A DNA stretch of 64,000 bases from Octopus sinensis (GCF_006345805.1 NC_042998.1:190774001-190838000); one strand, 5' to 3'; shown: positions 23,041 through 37,094, numbered from the stretch's first letter. Numbers and translations: made by a program. Notes: generated by a model from the letters alone, not told the origin.

Positions 23041-25240
23041 GTTAGGTGAATTTTCCCTTGATAAACTTTTTATGACAGGAGAACTTTTTTCAAAGTCCAT
23101 TGGATGTTACATAAAAAAAAATCTGTGGCGTATCATGGTTGACACATGTGTTTTAGGTTCGTCAAACTCGTATATAAATTATAGTGGCACCGCAACTACT
23201 GTGACATAACATAGATATTTGAACAGTACTGTTATGTGGAGTGAGACATATTCCTTGTGGGTGGTTAACTTGTGCAAAGTTGACACTGCCTGGCATTGAA
23301 AATTAATTCTAATCTTTAAAGTTCACTCTAAGCTACATTAATGGATGTAAGGTTATTATGAAAAACTAATAGAAATACTGTAGAAATTTTAGTTTTAAAT
23401 ATTATAGAGGTGAATTTTTCACGAAGAAAAACAAGTGTGGTTGTAATTATTATATTTCATCGATATACCTTTTAACCAGTTGTTAAATGTTGCTGCTGTC
23501 GTGTTCCCAGTTATGAGTGATTTTTAGTTGTAAGTTGTTTACGAGAAGAAATATCAATAGTATAAAGGCCTTTCTTTGATATATCTGCAAACTGTTGTTA
23601 CGGTGGTGCTATTAAAGGAGACAAGCTGCTACACTCTTATTAGAATATGATTTCAAAGTCTGTGTTCATAGAACCAACAAAACTATAATATGAAACGGTG
23701 TGTTGATGATTTGCGTGTAAAATGTTATATCAATTAAAAGGATTTCATAACTTCATCTAATTATGTAAAACATTTTGATTATATCTTAAATTTTATTCTG
23801 TCATTAAATTTCTCTGCTGCGTAACACTTGAACACACGAATATCATGAGAAGCCAAACAATGTGATGGATTTCTAAAATACAGTGTTACCATTTTTAAAA
23901 TACAGTGTTAGCATGTCTTCTATCAATAGTGTTTCAGTTTTGATCATTATGTCCTTTTTTAATAATCATGGCAATCTGGGACTAAATTATGTACTGGTCA
24001 CCTTTTCTTATTCCGACATTTGTATATGATTTGAGGGAGACTCCATTGTTGCCTTTACCCGCTCAAGAAACCAAGTATCAGCCTAATTTAAGTTTATGTG
24101 TCTTTATAAGGTTCATACGTCACAATATATCGTTTGTACTTTACAATCCTAAACTATTATACGCAAAGCTATTATACAATGTCAGCATCTATATATGATC
24201 CTCTGAAACCTATATGATCCTACAAATATATTATATATATATATATATATATACACACTGTAAATCCACTGTAAAACACAAATCCAAGAGAGAAGCAAAT
24301 GCATATCTCTCACAAAGTTTCGTTTCTTAGTTTAATCCGTGTCACACTAACGCACGCATACTCACACACACACGCGCATGTTTCGCGAGTATGTATGTAT
24401 GTATGTATGTATGTATGTATGTATGTATGTATGTATGTATGTATGTATGTTTGTATGCATTGCTGAAAGGAATTGAAAGCATAGTACCCCACACGGACTG
24501 ACTAGTTTCATCTGATTCCCTACTGATATGAAAAAAAAGTGAGTTAACATGAAGAAGTGAAACTTCAATTTAATATATACTCTATATATCTATTGGGCTC
24601 TTGTTATTATTATATGTTCATATACATACATTATACGAACATATAGATATATACTAAATTTATACAGCATTTGTTAAAACTCATCCCACTCGTGTTATCT
24701 TCCTTCTGTGTTCATTGCTTAATACATACACCTCCCCGCGCGCGTATGCGTATAATATATATGTGTGTGTGTGTTTGTAATATGTATATGTATGTATGAA
24801 TGTATGTATGTGTGTGAGCACACATATATATGACCGTATAGTACATCACACAGTTTGTAACAATAAAATTGTGTTAGATTCGAGGTGAGAAACAGGTGAT
24901 ACAAAGCAATGATATTAAAAGTGTCACGTAACAGAGAATATTAGTTAGAGATCAAATTTCTTGTTTTAATTACGGTTCAAGGCCAAATTATTATTATTTT
25001 TTTCTTTTGGTAGGGGAGAGAGTAGTGTAGGCCGAACGATCAATTATAATACTTGAACGTCACCTATAAAAAGCTAATGTTGATCCCGTTGGGAATTTTG
25101 AATTTGAGGTGTAAAGGGAGGTAATTATACAGCGTGTAGATTTTTCTTAACCGCTCTAACGATTTCATAAAATCAACCGTCCACCATTTATTTATCGAAA
25201 TAGCAAACACATGCATCCTTAATAACGTGGATGCGTGTGT

Positions 25241-25246
25241 ATAATT

Positions 25247-25281
<35 letters not shown>

Positions 25282-25313
25282 TGTATATATGTAATATGTA
25301 TGTATGTATAATT

Positions 25314-25348
<35 letters not shown>

Positions 25349-25486
25349 TGTATATATGTAATATGTATGTATGTATAATTGACACACACACACACACACA
25401 CACAAAGTTTATGTAATATGTATGTAACACACACACACACCACACACACACCTACACCAAATGTATATATGTAATATGTATTTATT

Positions 25487-25522
<36 letters not shown>

Positions 25523-25550
25523 ACAAATGTATATATGTAAATGTATGTAT
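25241..25550. repeat. Minisatellite whose ~60-70-bp unit is itself ATTG(CA)n-AATGTATATATGTAATATG(TATG)n
   Basis: About five recognisable units starting near 25241, 25309, 25375, 25425 and 25481. Confidence 0.85.
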
Positions 25551-25592
25551 GTTATATATATATATATATACATACACATATATATTATATAT

Positions 25593-25634
<42 letters not shown>

Positions 25635-25779
25635 GTATATTATATATATATATATATATATCGTATATATTATATAATATATATGTATAATATATATTGT
25701 TAATAAAATAGAACATATGCATATATATAAACATATATGTACGTACCTACCTCTACATGTACATATACACGCATATATG

Positions 25780-26060
25780 TGTACAGGACACCAAAAAGAC
25801 GTCGAACACATAGAGAGAGACGAAACACATAGACACAAACCAAGGAACAAGACAAGCAAAAAAAGAGAGTTACAGGACAATAAGCACAACGAAAAATCCC
25901 TTCTTCAGTCGCTAAGGTTTCATCTACTAAACGTTTCGAAGGATAAAAGCGAGACGTATACTTCGAAGAAAACTTCCTTCCCGCGAAAAGCAAATCAATT
26001 AAAATTCTGAGATCTTTTCGCAGAGGGGTAAAAAAAAGCAAGACGGTAACGACAGTACAA
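25780..26060 (-). mobile_element. Short ORF-less element in (TA)n carrying permuted hammerhead halves
   Basis: Unique ~280 bp between TA-rich microsatellites. The minus strand has ATCCTTC-GAAACGTT-(21 nt)-CTGAAGA-AGGGAT at 25896-25944. Confidence 0.45.
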
Positions 26061-26216
26061 ACATGTATGTATATATATATAAATTCTATATGTACAAGCG
26101 TATACCATCTTTACAATGTGTCGCAAAAATAGGCTCTAACTTATTTTTTAAACGTATGCGATATATTCGTTTGTTTTTATTAAATTCTACAAACACCACA
26201 CTCACTCACAACTACA

Positions 26217-26249
<33 letters not shown>

Positions 26250-26289
26250 ACACAATCACACACCCTCCTAACACACATACCACCGAATA

Positions 26290-26419
26290 TAAGGTGTCCC
26301 AAAAGTAACGCCAAATTCTGAAACAAATTTATTGATGTTAATAAACAAAGTTCAATGCAAAACTATTTTATTATTGCATGTGTGGCTATAAAATCGCCCA
26401 CCACCTTTGGGATACCCTC
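26290..26419. mobile_element. Tc1/mariner-type MITE (~130 bp)
   Basis: Imperfect TIRs TAAGGTGTCCCAAAAGT and ACCTTTGGGATACCCTC (13/17 match), resembling the CAGGGTGTCCCAAAA ends of Tc1/mariner elements; TA on the left. Confidence 0.55.
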
Positions 26420-26584
26420 TGTGTGTGTGTGTATGATGTACATATATTATGTATGTACGATTGTATACGTATATAAGTGCGCGTGTGTGTGTGGTGTATG
26501 TATACACGTGAAAGTGGATGTATATAGGATATATATATATCTATATATATACATATATATATACATATATACATATATATAGAC

Positions 26585-26626
<42 letters not shown>

Positions 26627-26792
26627 TACATATATATATATATACACATGCGTATGTGGATGTATACATGCGTACACATCCACATACATATATACATGCA
26701 TATGTTTGTGTGTATATATGTATGTATGTATCTTATACAGTACATATGTTCATTATATTAATGTGCTATAGACACGTTTCTGCTAAACATTA

Positions 26793-26839
<47 letters not shown>

Positions 26840-26904
26840 AATGATGATGATGATTTTTTTTTTTTTACCGATTTCCTTAATCATCATCATCATCATCATC
26901 AGTA

Positions 26905-26952
<48 letters not shown>

Positions 26953-27845
26953 CATTATCATCATCATCATCATCATCATCATTATCATTATTATCATTAC
27001 TATCATCACTTTTGTTAACTATTGTTATTACTCAAGGGTAAATAGCAAACTGTTTTCATGTGTATAATAATTACACTGACCCTACTTCAATTATGCAGTA
27101 GAGGAAGAGAGAGAGAGAGAATCGGAGTAAGAGAGAGAGGGAGGGATGAGAAAGAGAGAGAGAGAGAGAGAGGAAGACAGAGAGTAAGAGAGAAGGGTGA
27201 GTGAGACAGAGTGGGAGAGAGAGAGAGAAATTATTTCCATGAACCTCAGATAATATCAGACAACATACATGCATATACACATACAATAACAACAACAACA
27301 ACAACACATATAATATGCCTAACGTACATAAATACATATACACTTTTCTACACACACACATACATAGGCTCAGGTCTGTTGTGGGTTACACTATGATTCG
27401 ACGCTCTGACAGCATCGTTACATATTGATTACATTCTCTGACTGTTGCAGACCAATTTGGGAATCTGCATTCGGAACAACTGAAATGGCGAGAATTTGTA
27501 ACAAACATGTTTATACAAACAGCACCAAATGTCTAAATAGACGGAGACACACCTCCTACAAGTTGTAAGCACATATGCACGCACGCAGAGGCACGCGGAA
27601 GCAGATATACGCGTCAGTGTATATAAGTGTTTGTATGCGTGTGCATGCATATATAACATGTATGCACGAATATATAAAGATATATGTGCTAATATTTATA
27701 TATGTATATGATTATGTATGTATCAATATATATATATATATATTATATATATATAATATATATATATAATGTAATAAATGATTATGTATGTATCTATAAA
27801 TATATTATATATATACTACATATATATATAATATAATATAATATA

Positions 27846-27904
<59 letters not shown>

Positions 27905-29864
27905 ATATATGTATATATATATATATATGTATGTATGTATGTATGTATCTATAAATATCTATATATATATGCATGTAATACAAATTTTACATATACACAT
28001 GGATGGATGGATGAACGTGTACAGAGACGCGTACAGATTCCCGCATCGCTAGTTAGATATACACATGCGGGACTATGCACGTGTGTGCTATGTGTGGGTG
28101 TGTGTGCTGTGTGTGCTATGTGTGTGTGTGTGTTTGTCTGTGAGCGCGCCTGCGCACGCGTAAAGTGTATGTGTACATAAACATATATGCTTGCTTTCAT
28201 AAGTTTCCAAATCAATAGAGACGTTGTATCCAACGTGTTTGATTGTAAATGTGTAAGCTGTAGTCTACTTACATTTACTGTTCCTTCACTAATGGTTCAT
28301 TGTTGAGCTTGATGTAAAGCAGATGAAAGTAAATCGTGATTATAATGGTTTACTTAGATAGGCAAGAAGCCAGAAATTTGGGTGACGTTGTAGATGTTGT
28401 TGTTGTTGTTGCTGGCGGTGGCAGTGTTGTTAGTGTTGGTACTGGTGTTGTTGTTTAGCCCAAGGTCAACCCTGATCGAGCAGATAGACATATGGTAGAT
28501 CAGCAGTGTTTTAACAGTGACCATTCCACCTTTTTTTTTTCGGGCATAGTTTATCTAAGATTACATTATCCAATGTGTCCGTTGCTTATTTTATGTATGC
28601 ACCGTTTTTTTGTTTTGGAAAATGGTTGAGTGTGATTTGAGGATGGTTTAGCTGCTATTTCTAGCGGGTTCAGCGTCCACGTAGAGGCTCCGCCTGTGTT
28701 TCGTTGATATTGGTGCTGATAGCAGTATTGGCGACAGTGGTGTAGGTGGTGGTGGTGCTGCCGTTGTTGATTGTGTTGGAAAGGAAATGGGTCTTTATAA
28801 CGTTTCATGTCATTTGGCGTCGTGTGCCAAGTCAAGCGGCTCCAAGTGGTAATAGAAACCGTGTCCGTGGGATTATTTACTGCTGCAGTACTACTTCGAC
28901 CACATACATAATGGCGAATATAAACAACAGAAGAAGGTTTGTGTTAGTTGTTTGTGTGTGTGTATGTGTGTGATTGGTGAAAGAGCGTGTCTGTTGGTGG
29001 TGTGTTAGAAGGAAAAGAGAGTAGCATTTATATTACACGGCTTTTGTCTCTATTTCCCATTTAATTCATGCCGGCACTGACTATATTACAAGTCTACCAA
29101 TCATAGCCCGGAATATGATTTCTAACATTGGCACATGGCCATACATTTCTTTCATAGAAAGGAGAGAACAATCGATTAAATTTAACCCCGCTCCTCACCA
29201 ATACTTGGTTGGTAGTTATGTTATCGACCCCGGAGAAAATAAAAGGCAAAGTTGACTCCTCCGACGGGATTTGAACTCAGAACTTAAAGGGAGATAATTG
29301 AATATCTCCTGATATTTACCCGGCGCTCTGATATTTATCTTAATGATTGCTAACACAGACACATAGTCAGATATTTGTGATATCGATAATATAGACCCGT
29401 GTATGTAACTGGTAGTGAGGAAACAGTGTCGACTGTATCCCTACGCATATTGTTCGACTTCCTAAAAACATAAGAAAAACAATGATAATGATGTTATTTA
29501 ACAAAATGGCCGAAAGCTGGTAGAATCGTTAGCAAGTTGGGCGAAATGCTTAGCAGCATTTCGTCCGCTAAGCATTTGATATCCACAGAGGTGGACATCA
29601 AAGACAAAGTTAGCCATTGAGAAATTTGAACTCAGAATGTAGTGAAATATAGCTATTAATCACATATATATATCTTTAGATCACTTTTTTCGACTACTCT
29701 ATGATAATTCTTTTCTATTTTGGTACAAGGTTAACAGTTTCTTTTATCGGTCCCAAAGGTCCCGAAGGCAAAACCAGCAATGAAAGAGTGGATGATTTAA
29801 AAGAGAAAAATTAACACTAACAATAAAGGAAGAGTTAAAAGTTGGTTATAATAACTAGTAATAA

Positions 29865-30003
29865 TCGTTTCTACTATAGGCACAAGGCCTGAAATTTTGG
29901 GGAGGGGCATAGTCGATCACATCGAACCCAGTACTCAACAGATACTTATTTTATCGAACCCGAGAGGATGAAATGCAAAGTCGACCTCAGCGGAATTTGA
30001 AAT
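29865..30003 (-). mobile_element. SINE family A, 3' half
   Basis: B-box remnant through Deu-like centre to tail GGCCTTGTGCCTATAGTAGAAAC, ending in AAT-rich sequence. Confidence 0.85.
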
Positions 30004-30418
30004 CCCGTAATAACTAATAATAATGATACAGAGAAACAAAATAACTACAATAACTATCACTAATGATAATAAGAGAGTGAAGTGTTGAATGAATCTAGTG
30101 CGTATGCACCACAAGGACACTGAAACATTGAGCACTCACAGCAGCGTAAGGCAAACACACTCACACAAAGTAGAAATGCCTAAAAAAAAAAGCAAAAAAG
30201 AGATAGCTATGCAGAAGAAACATACGCACGCACGCACACACACAGACAGACGTCCAAATCAGTTCACACTCTTACACAAACGACATGTATATATACATAT
30301 ACACACACATATATACACAACTAGGCAGCAGAACATATGAACAGACTTGTATTAATAAAACTTCGTTTTCGAGTCGCTAATCACGCGGGTGGGACGCCAG
30401 TCTATGGTATGAACTCAC

Positions 30419-30537
30419 TTAAAAATATCTGATGCTAGTACACCTTCCTCTATCGCAATCTTATGCAACCAAAGATTAAGCAGTCTCTCGCCAATTCGAG
30501 TTTCCGTCAACGTCTTTGAAAGACACCTATCACTACC
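30419..30537 (-). CDS. Candidate 119-nt exon (GSDRCLSKTLTETRIGERLLNLWLHKIAIEEGVLASDIF); no recognised family
   Basis: Acceptor TCTTTTATTTTCTCTTTATATAAG, donor AA|GTGAGT, one open frame, unique sequence. It could be a pseudo-exon. Confidence 0.2.
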
Positions 30538-30689
30538 CTTATATAAAGAGAAAATAAAAGACGTCGAAATGGAATAGTCGGTAGATCTTTTGAGGTCAAT
30601 TTATCAATTTTTATTCTCGGAATAGGCTTCATGAAGGAACTCCTATTGAAGGGATCTTCACAATGTTGGGCACAGACAGGATTGTGTAC

Positions 30690-31090
30690 ATAGGTGTAGG
30701 TTTGGTAGTGTGATCAAGAGGCTCGCTTTGCAACCGGGTGGTTTCGGATTTAGTTTCATTGCTTGGCACTTTGGGCAGATGTTTCATACAACAGCTTCGG
30801 GGTCGACCAATACCTTGTAACTGAATGCAGTAGACAGTAGACAGAAAACTGAGTGGAAGCCCATCGTGTATAATATATATGTATATATATATATATATGT
30901 GTGTGTGTCTTTTTGTCTCCATTTCGCTTGGCTGTCGGTATTGGTTTGTTTACGTCCCCGTAACTTAGCGGCTACAACAAAAGACATCGCTAGAATTAGC
31001 ACTTAAATATAAGTTCTGGCGTCGAGGCGTACGACTAAAACCCTTCAAAGCAGTGTCTCAGAATGGCCGCATTCTAGTGACTGAAATGTG
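30690..31090 (+). mobile_element. Diverged SINE family B with internal (TA)(TG) run
   Basis: GGCACTTTGGGCAGATG..GGGTCGACCAATACCTTGT..GACAGAAAACTGAGTGGAAGCCCATCG..TTTACGTCCCCGTAACTTAGCGG..GGCCGCATTCTAGTGACTGAAAT parallels 34266-34638 in the opposite orientation. Confidence 0.75.
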
Positions 31091-31509
31091 TGGACCCTAA
31101 AAGAGCTCACCCCACCAATCCTATTACCATTACTCTGTAAATATGGCAATAACGAAAGGAAACATACACATAATACTATCAACGCACTACTCATGAATGA
31201 ATCAAAATCAAAACATTCGGACACATTATGAAATGCTGGCAGTAGGGTTGAACTCATGACCTCGACTAAAACTTTCAGGTAAAAGTAATCAAAATTTATA
31301 AATTACTGGTACATTAACAATTTTTTGTTTTAGTGCTACAATGTTTTTCATAATATATCCATAGACTTTGGCCAACACTGTGTGTGTGATATAAATGTTC
31401 CTTCTCGAGCCATGCCAGGCTCATAAGGGCCGGTCTTCCGGTTTCAGTGGCGTAGAACGTGAAACTCTGAGTAACAGTTTTTGTGATATTTTTGCTGCTT
31501 ATTAATAAA

Positions 31510-31548
<39 letters not shown>

Positions 31549-31592
31549 TATATATATATATACATATATTTTTTCTGCTTTTTAATAAAGTG

Positions 31593-31674
<82 letters not shown>

Positions 31675-31763
31675 TATGTACGTTCATGTATGTGACCATG
31701 ACGAAACATAACGATATATATATTTATAATATACATACGTACACACTTACACACAAACACACA

Positions 31764-31827
<64 letters not shown>

Positions 31828-32023
31828 CGAGAATGAGGGGAGGGAGAGAGATGAGGAATAATGATATTAGTAATGGACAAATATAATACCATTGTTTCCT
31901 TCTGTAGTCGTTGGTCACGTGTATATGTCGACAATTCTTTGGTCACGTGATACAGTGTGGCGCCCAATTAATGTATCTATATTTCGCGTTCTGTTCTTCC
32001 CCAGCTTCTCTTTCGAAATATTC

Positions 32024-32059
<36 letters not shown>

Positions 32060-33177
32060 GTCTCTCTCTCTGTCTCCCCCTGGCAGCATATGTTTCAGTG
32101 TAATACTTTCTCTTCAACTACACTTCTCTGTTTTTCTATTAGATTGTCCTGCACTCTCAACTATTTCTGGTTTCTGAACTAACACATACACGCACACACA
32201 CACATATATTCACACAGTAAGAGAAAGAGAGAGAGAGAGGGGGATCCACATATCTTATAGTTCACACATCCGATATTGTATACTACGCTAAATTACATGA
32301 TCAATGTTTATGATAACAACACGATGAAAAGTACAGTGTTTGATGTTATCGCACTTAAATATTCAAATAACTGCAAATATAACATATTAATTTTATTTGA
32401 TTTTGGGCTCATTGCCAATTTAAGATATAGACAATTGAAATTATCAGTCCCAGAATATTACTGATACCAAATGACTGGAAGCCAAATTCGAATACAACTT
32501 TGAAAATGATGTAAAGCAATTAATCCTCCCTTTCTTGTTCTGTCGTCTTGAGTCGAAGGATGTGTATTTTCAAAGATAATAAAAGCAAAGGTTAGTGCCT
32601 TTCACAAAAAGGACTGCGGGGTTCTCGCCCTCATCTGCTTTTAAAATGCAAACAAGCACTAATCATATTCTCAGTTGTAGATACATGCTTTAAAAAGTAT
32701 CCGTTGATTAGAACGTCGTTAATACTTGACCAAAATTTTATTTTATCAATCCCCTAACAAAAGCAACATTGACTGGCCTCGGTAGAATTTAAATCCAGGA
32801 TCTATAATGTGGAACTAAATGCCGTGAAGGATTTCGTCCGACGATCTACCATTTCTGATAACCCAACAGCTTCAGCAGTTAGTCATTTCCAGCAAATATC
32901 TCAGTTAAAATATTGATTCTCAATGTAGTTGTTGAGTCCCAGAGCGGCCCTTAACAAGCAGACCTATGATTAAAGGTATTCCGGTTGTAATCATCCTATT
33001 TTCTCAAGAATCATCCCATTTAGACAGGAATTGACCTGTGTTTATGAAAGGTAAAGACAACATAGATAAGATTTTATTCCTGTACGCTAAGGGACGTAAC
33101 TAGAATATCTGGTACAGTATAGGTTATTTGTTTCTGTTATTGCAATGTATTTCATCTTGCTGATATTTTCTAGCAGC

Positions 33178-33365
33178 GATGGCGAGCTGGCAAAAACGTT
33201 CGCACGCCAGGCAAAATGTTTAGCAAAATTTCGTGCCGTCTAAACATTCTGAGTTAAAATTCCGCCGAGGTCGACTTTGCCTGTCATCCTTTCATGATTG
33301 ATAAAGTTATCGACTTAGCCCTTCCCCCTAAATAGCTAGCCTTTGCAAAATTTAAAGCCAATATT
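33178..33365 (+). mobile_element. SINE family A
   Basis: GATGGCGAGCTGGCAAAAACGTTCGCACGCCAGG..GAGTTAAAATTCCGCCGAGGTCGACTTTGCC. Confidence 0.85.
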
Positions 33366-33819
33366 GGTTTCTAGTTCTGGCACAAGACCACAAGTAGATG
33401 TCCAGTGCCTATATCTCTTCATCACTATATAAACATCTAAAATAATTTGCGAAAAATTAGTTAAGTTGGTAGTTAGCAGAACTATAGACATAAAAGAACA
33501 AAACGGAATCAAACAGAATTTAAACTTGGAATCACAAGGGATGTATATAATTGCAACAATGTTTTTCTTGTAATTTAGTACCTTACTATCCCATAATTTT
33601 TATAGTCTTTTCCATTTTTAACTCGCCACACCCCGCCCAAAAACAAAAACAAATCAGCAGAAAAAAACAAAGCAAACAAAAACTAATAACCAAATAAGGC
33701 AATGAGAGCAGATCCATATGTAGTGAACTAAAATACGTATAAATATATACATTCTATGTTATAATTATGCTTAAGAGCACCTCATCATTTGCTCAGTATG
33801 TAGAATATACCACCAGTAT

Positions 33820-34110
33820 TAAGATCTAGTTCACAATTTATGCAAGGCTGGTACCCCGTGCAATGCACCCCCTACGCAATTCAGACTCACAACACGTAAC
33901 AACATCGTAATAAAATGACTTTTCCTCATCGGGCCCTACTCCATTTAATATCATGCGAAAGAAGATGAAAGATGAAAGAGGCTGCATAACCTCCAAACAA
34001 TATCTGGACAAATTTCTTCAGGTCACCTATATTGGACATGTCTCAGTCAACAAGTACTCTCTACATGAATACGCTATGTTACTACAAAACTTGACTTACA
34101 ATGACTAAAC
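33820..34110 (+). mobile_element. CR1/L2-group LINE, decayed ORF2 3' end
   Basis: Frameshifted remnants GP.(L)FNIM.K and KQYLDKFLQVTYIGHVSVNKYSL match the conserved GPxLFNxLP..FKxxLDKFL..NSL C-terminus of CR1-group ORF2. Confidence 0.6.
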
Positions 34111-34265
34111 ATATTCTGTCAGGTGGTGCTAATAAGTTAGATTTAGTCCAGGCCAATATTGGCAGAATCATACCAAAGTTTAACACACGCACACACACAT
34201 ACACGCACACTTGTATGCTTGTGTGCATATAATATAATATAATATAATATAATATAATATAATAT

Positions 34266-34638
34266 ACTCTTTTACTCTTTTACTCTTTTACTTGTTTCAG
34301 TCATTTGACTGCGGCCATGCTGGAGCACCACCTTTTAGTACTTATTCTATCGGTCTCTTTTTGCCGAACCGCTAAGTGACGGGGACCTAAACACACCAGC
34401 ATCGGTTGTCAAGCAATGCTAGGGGGACAAACACAGACACAAACACACGCATACATATATATATATACATATATACGACAGGCTTCTTTCAGTTTCCGTC
34501 TACCAAATCCACTCACAAGGCATGGTCGGCCCGGGGCTATAGCAGAAGACACTTGCCCAAGATGCCACGCAGTGGGACTGAACCCGCAACCGTGTGGTTG
34601 GTTAGCAAGCTACTTACCACACAGCCACTCCTGCGCCT
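34266..34638 (-). mobile_element. Near full-length tRNA-derived SINE, family B, inserted in (AATAT)n
   Basis: Minus head AGGCGCAGGAGTGGCTGTGTGGTAAGTAGCTTGC..GGGTTCAGTCCCACTGCGTGGCATCTTGGGCAAGTGTCTTC; tail (AAAAGAGT)x3; (AATAT)n on both flanks. Confidence 0.92.
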
Positions 34639-35241
34639 ATAATATAATATAATATAATATAATATAATATAATATAAAGTATATAAAATATGGTTGATAT
34701 GTATAATATACATACATTTATATAACATATGAAGATATAATATATGTATATATATACACATGCATACATAAGGCGATGGCTCAAAGTAAAATGAAAGATG
34801 GACTTGGATTTTGCAGAAGAAAAAAGAAACCGATTAAGAAAAAGAAAGGAAAAAGTTTATAGGAATAATTAATTGATCTAAAGATATATTTTAATGACTG
34901 AGATATTATAATACTTTTGGTATTTATATCGATAAACCTATGGTTAGTGCTGAAGCAACTGGATATTCATTGATTGGGAATATTATAAGAGTGAGAGAGA
35001 GATATGGTGGAGCCGAGAATGAGAAGATATATAAGGGAATATTAAATGCTATTTTACTACAATACGCAGAAGCCCACACAGAGAACGATATATTCAATTA
35101 TATCTGTTAAATACATGGCTATTAATTTACTTAATCGAATTCGAGGAGAATGAAAGGTAAAGATGATCTCATCTGGATTTGAACTGATAGCGTAAGAGAA
35201 CGTGACAAAATACAGGAGGTATATTTGTTTAGTACACAGTG

Positions 35242-35299
<58 letters not shown>

Positions 35300-35301
<2 letters not shown>

Positions 35302-35515
35302 CCTTTCTACTATAGGCACAAGACTTGAAATTTGGGGGAGGGGACAAGTCGATTACGTTGACCCAAGTGTATAACTGGTACTTAATTTATCGACCCCCAA
35401 AGAGATGAAAGTCAAAGTCGACCTCGGCGGAATTTGAACTCGGAACGTAGCGACGGGCGAAATACTACTAAGCATTTCGTCCAGCGCGCTAACGATTCCG
35501 CCAGCTCGCCGCCTT
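35300..35515 (-). mobile_element. SINE family A, short-tail subtype, between (AAT)n runs
   Basis: Head GGCGGCGAGCTGGCGGAATCGTTAGC; tail GTCTTGTGCCTATAGTAGAAAGGA(TTA)n. Confidence 0.92.
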
Positions 35516-35548
35516 ATGATGACGATGATGATGATGTTGATGATGATG

Positions 35549-35604
<56 letters not shown>

Positions 35605-35655
35605 TTCTCCCAAAGGATCAAGGCCTCCATGTTTTAGGGAAACAGGGTTAGTGGG

Positions 35656-35895
35656 TTAACCCTGTGAATGTTTTGTGTATCACATGTGATACACGGGACA
35701 TATTTTTCCTGACGTCTATGCACCATACATGGTACACATTTCCATTTTGATTTTTACCTCTGTAAGTGTAACTTCATACTTACGAAAGGAAAGCTTTATA
35801 TCATTCAGAACATACGAAACCAGGATTTGCTAAATGTCTGAGAACGAGCGTAAGTTACAAATTTATGAAAATGCTTTGGACAAGCAAAGAGTTAA
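35656..35895. mobile_element. Possible piggyBac-type MITE with a 20-bp perfect palindrome
   Basis: TTAA-CCCTG at the left end and AAGAG-TTAA at the right with degenerate TIRs; GTGTATCACATGTGATACAC at 35675-35694. Confidence 0.35.
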
Positions 35896-36039
35896 ATCGA
35901 TCCCGTACAATGTTGATATGCCTGTTGCTCTAAGCAACAAAAAGTAAAGTAGAACATACATGATTTTATTTGAGGATTTAAAGAGGTCTCAGTATAAAAG
36001 TAATGATTTCTGCTATATGTAAACGGTGGTATTTTTCGG

Positions 36040-36480
36040 AGAAGGTATGTTAGTAGTATTTCGTCTGCCGAGCTGGCAGAAAAGTTAGCACGCCGGGCAA
36101 AATGCTTAGCAGTATTTCCTCTGTCGTTAGGTTCTGAGTTCAAATTCCGCGGAGGTCAACTGTGCCTTTCATTCTTTCGGGGTCGATTAAATAAGTACCA
36201 GTTACGCACTGGAGTCGATGTAATCGACTTAATCCGTTTGTCTGTCCTTGTTTGTCCTCTCTGTGTTTATCCCCTTGTGGGTAGTAAAGAAATAGGTATT
36301 CCGTCTGTCTTTACGTTCTGAGTTCAAATTCCACCGAGGTCGTCTTTGCCTTTCATCCTTTTGGGGTCGATTAATTAAGTACCAGTTACGCACTGGGGTC
36401 GATGTAATCGACTTAATACCTATGTCTGTCCTTGTTTGTCCCCTCTATGTTTAGCCCCTTCTGGGTAGCAAAGAAATAGG
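36040..36480 (+). mobile_element. SINE family A multimer (full copy followed by a headless copy)
   Basis: Full copy ~36066-36296; the tail AAAGAAATAGGTATT runs directly into CCGTCTGTCTTTACGTTCTGAGTTC of a second unit (36297-36480). Confidence 0.9.
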
Positions 36481-36905
36481 TTTTATAATAGTGTTTAAAT
36501 CAGCACAGTACTTTACTAGTACAATATCGAGAAGGATGAAAGGTAGAGCTGTCTTCAACGAGGTTTGATCGCAGGACTTAATGGTACGTAACTAAATACT
36601 ACATAGTATTTTGTCCGTTGCTCTAGTGATTCTGCTAATACATTATTCAAGAAACGACAAAACATTAGCAGAAACGAAAAATATTTGTGAAGTGGTATAG
36701 CAAAATTGTGTGGGCTGATATAAGGCAGCTGGGTCAGCATTATAGCTCGACCTTTGTGCTCGCTGTTGTTCAACGTACCAAATCTCTTCACTCAAATTAC
36801 GCACGCGCGCAAGCACATACATTTTCACGCGCGCACGCAAACAATACACATATACCCACGCGCACGCACACTGGATTAATAGAGTGATTTCTTACAGAAA
36901 TCTTG

Positions 36906-36946
<41 letters not shown>

Positions 36947-37049
36947 GCGCGCCTGTGTATACATGTGTATGTATAAATACAGACACACACATATATATAC
37001 ATGTGTGTGTGTATATATATATACATATATATTTACATATATGCATGTG

Positions 37050-37094
<45 letters not shown>

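Noticed and set aside
27451-27564. Plus-strand 114-nt exon-like segment (PIWESAFGTTEMARIC..)
   Set aside because: Splice signals are plausible but there is no recognisable protein; at the level expected for pseudo-exons.
31913-31950. Paired GTCACGTG E-box/CLEAR-like sites (singles near 41497 and 54399)
   Set aside because: Short motifs with no other supporting context.
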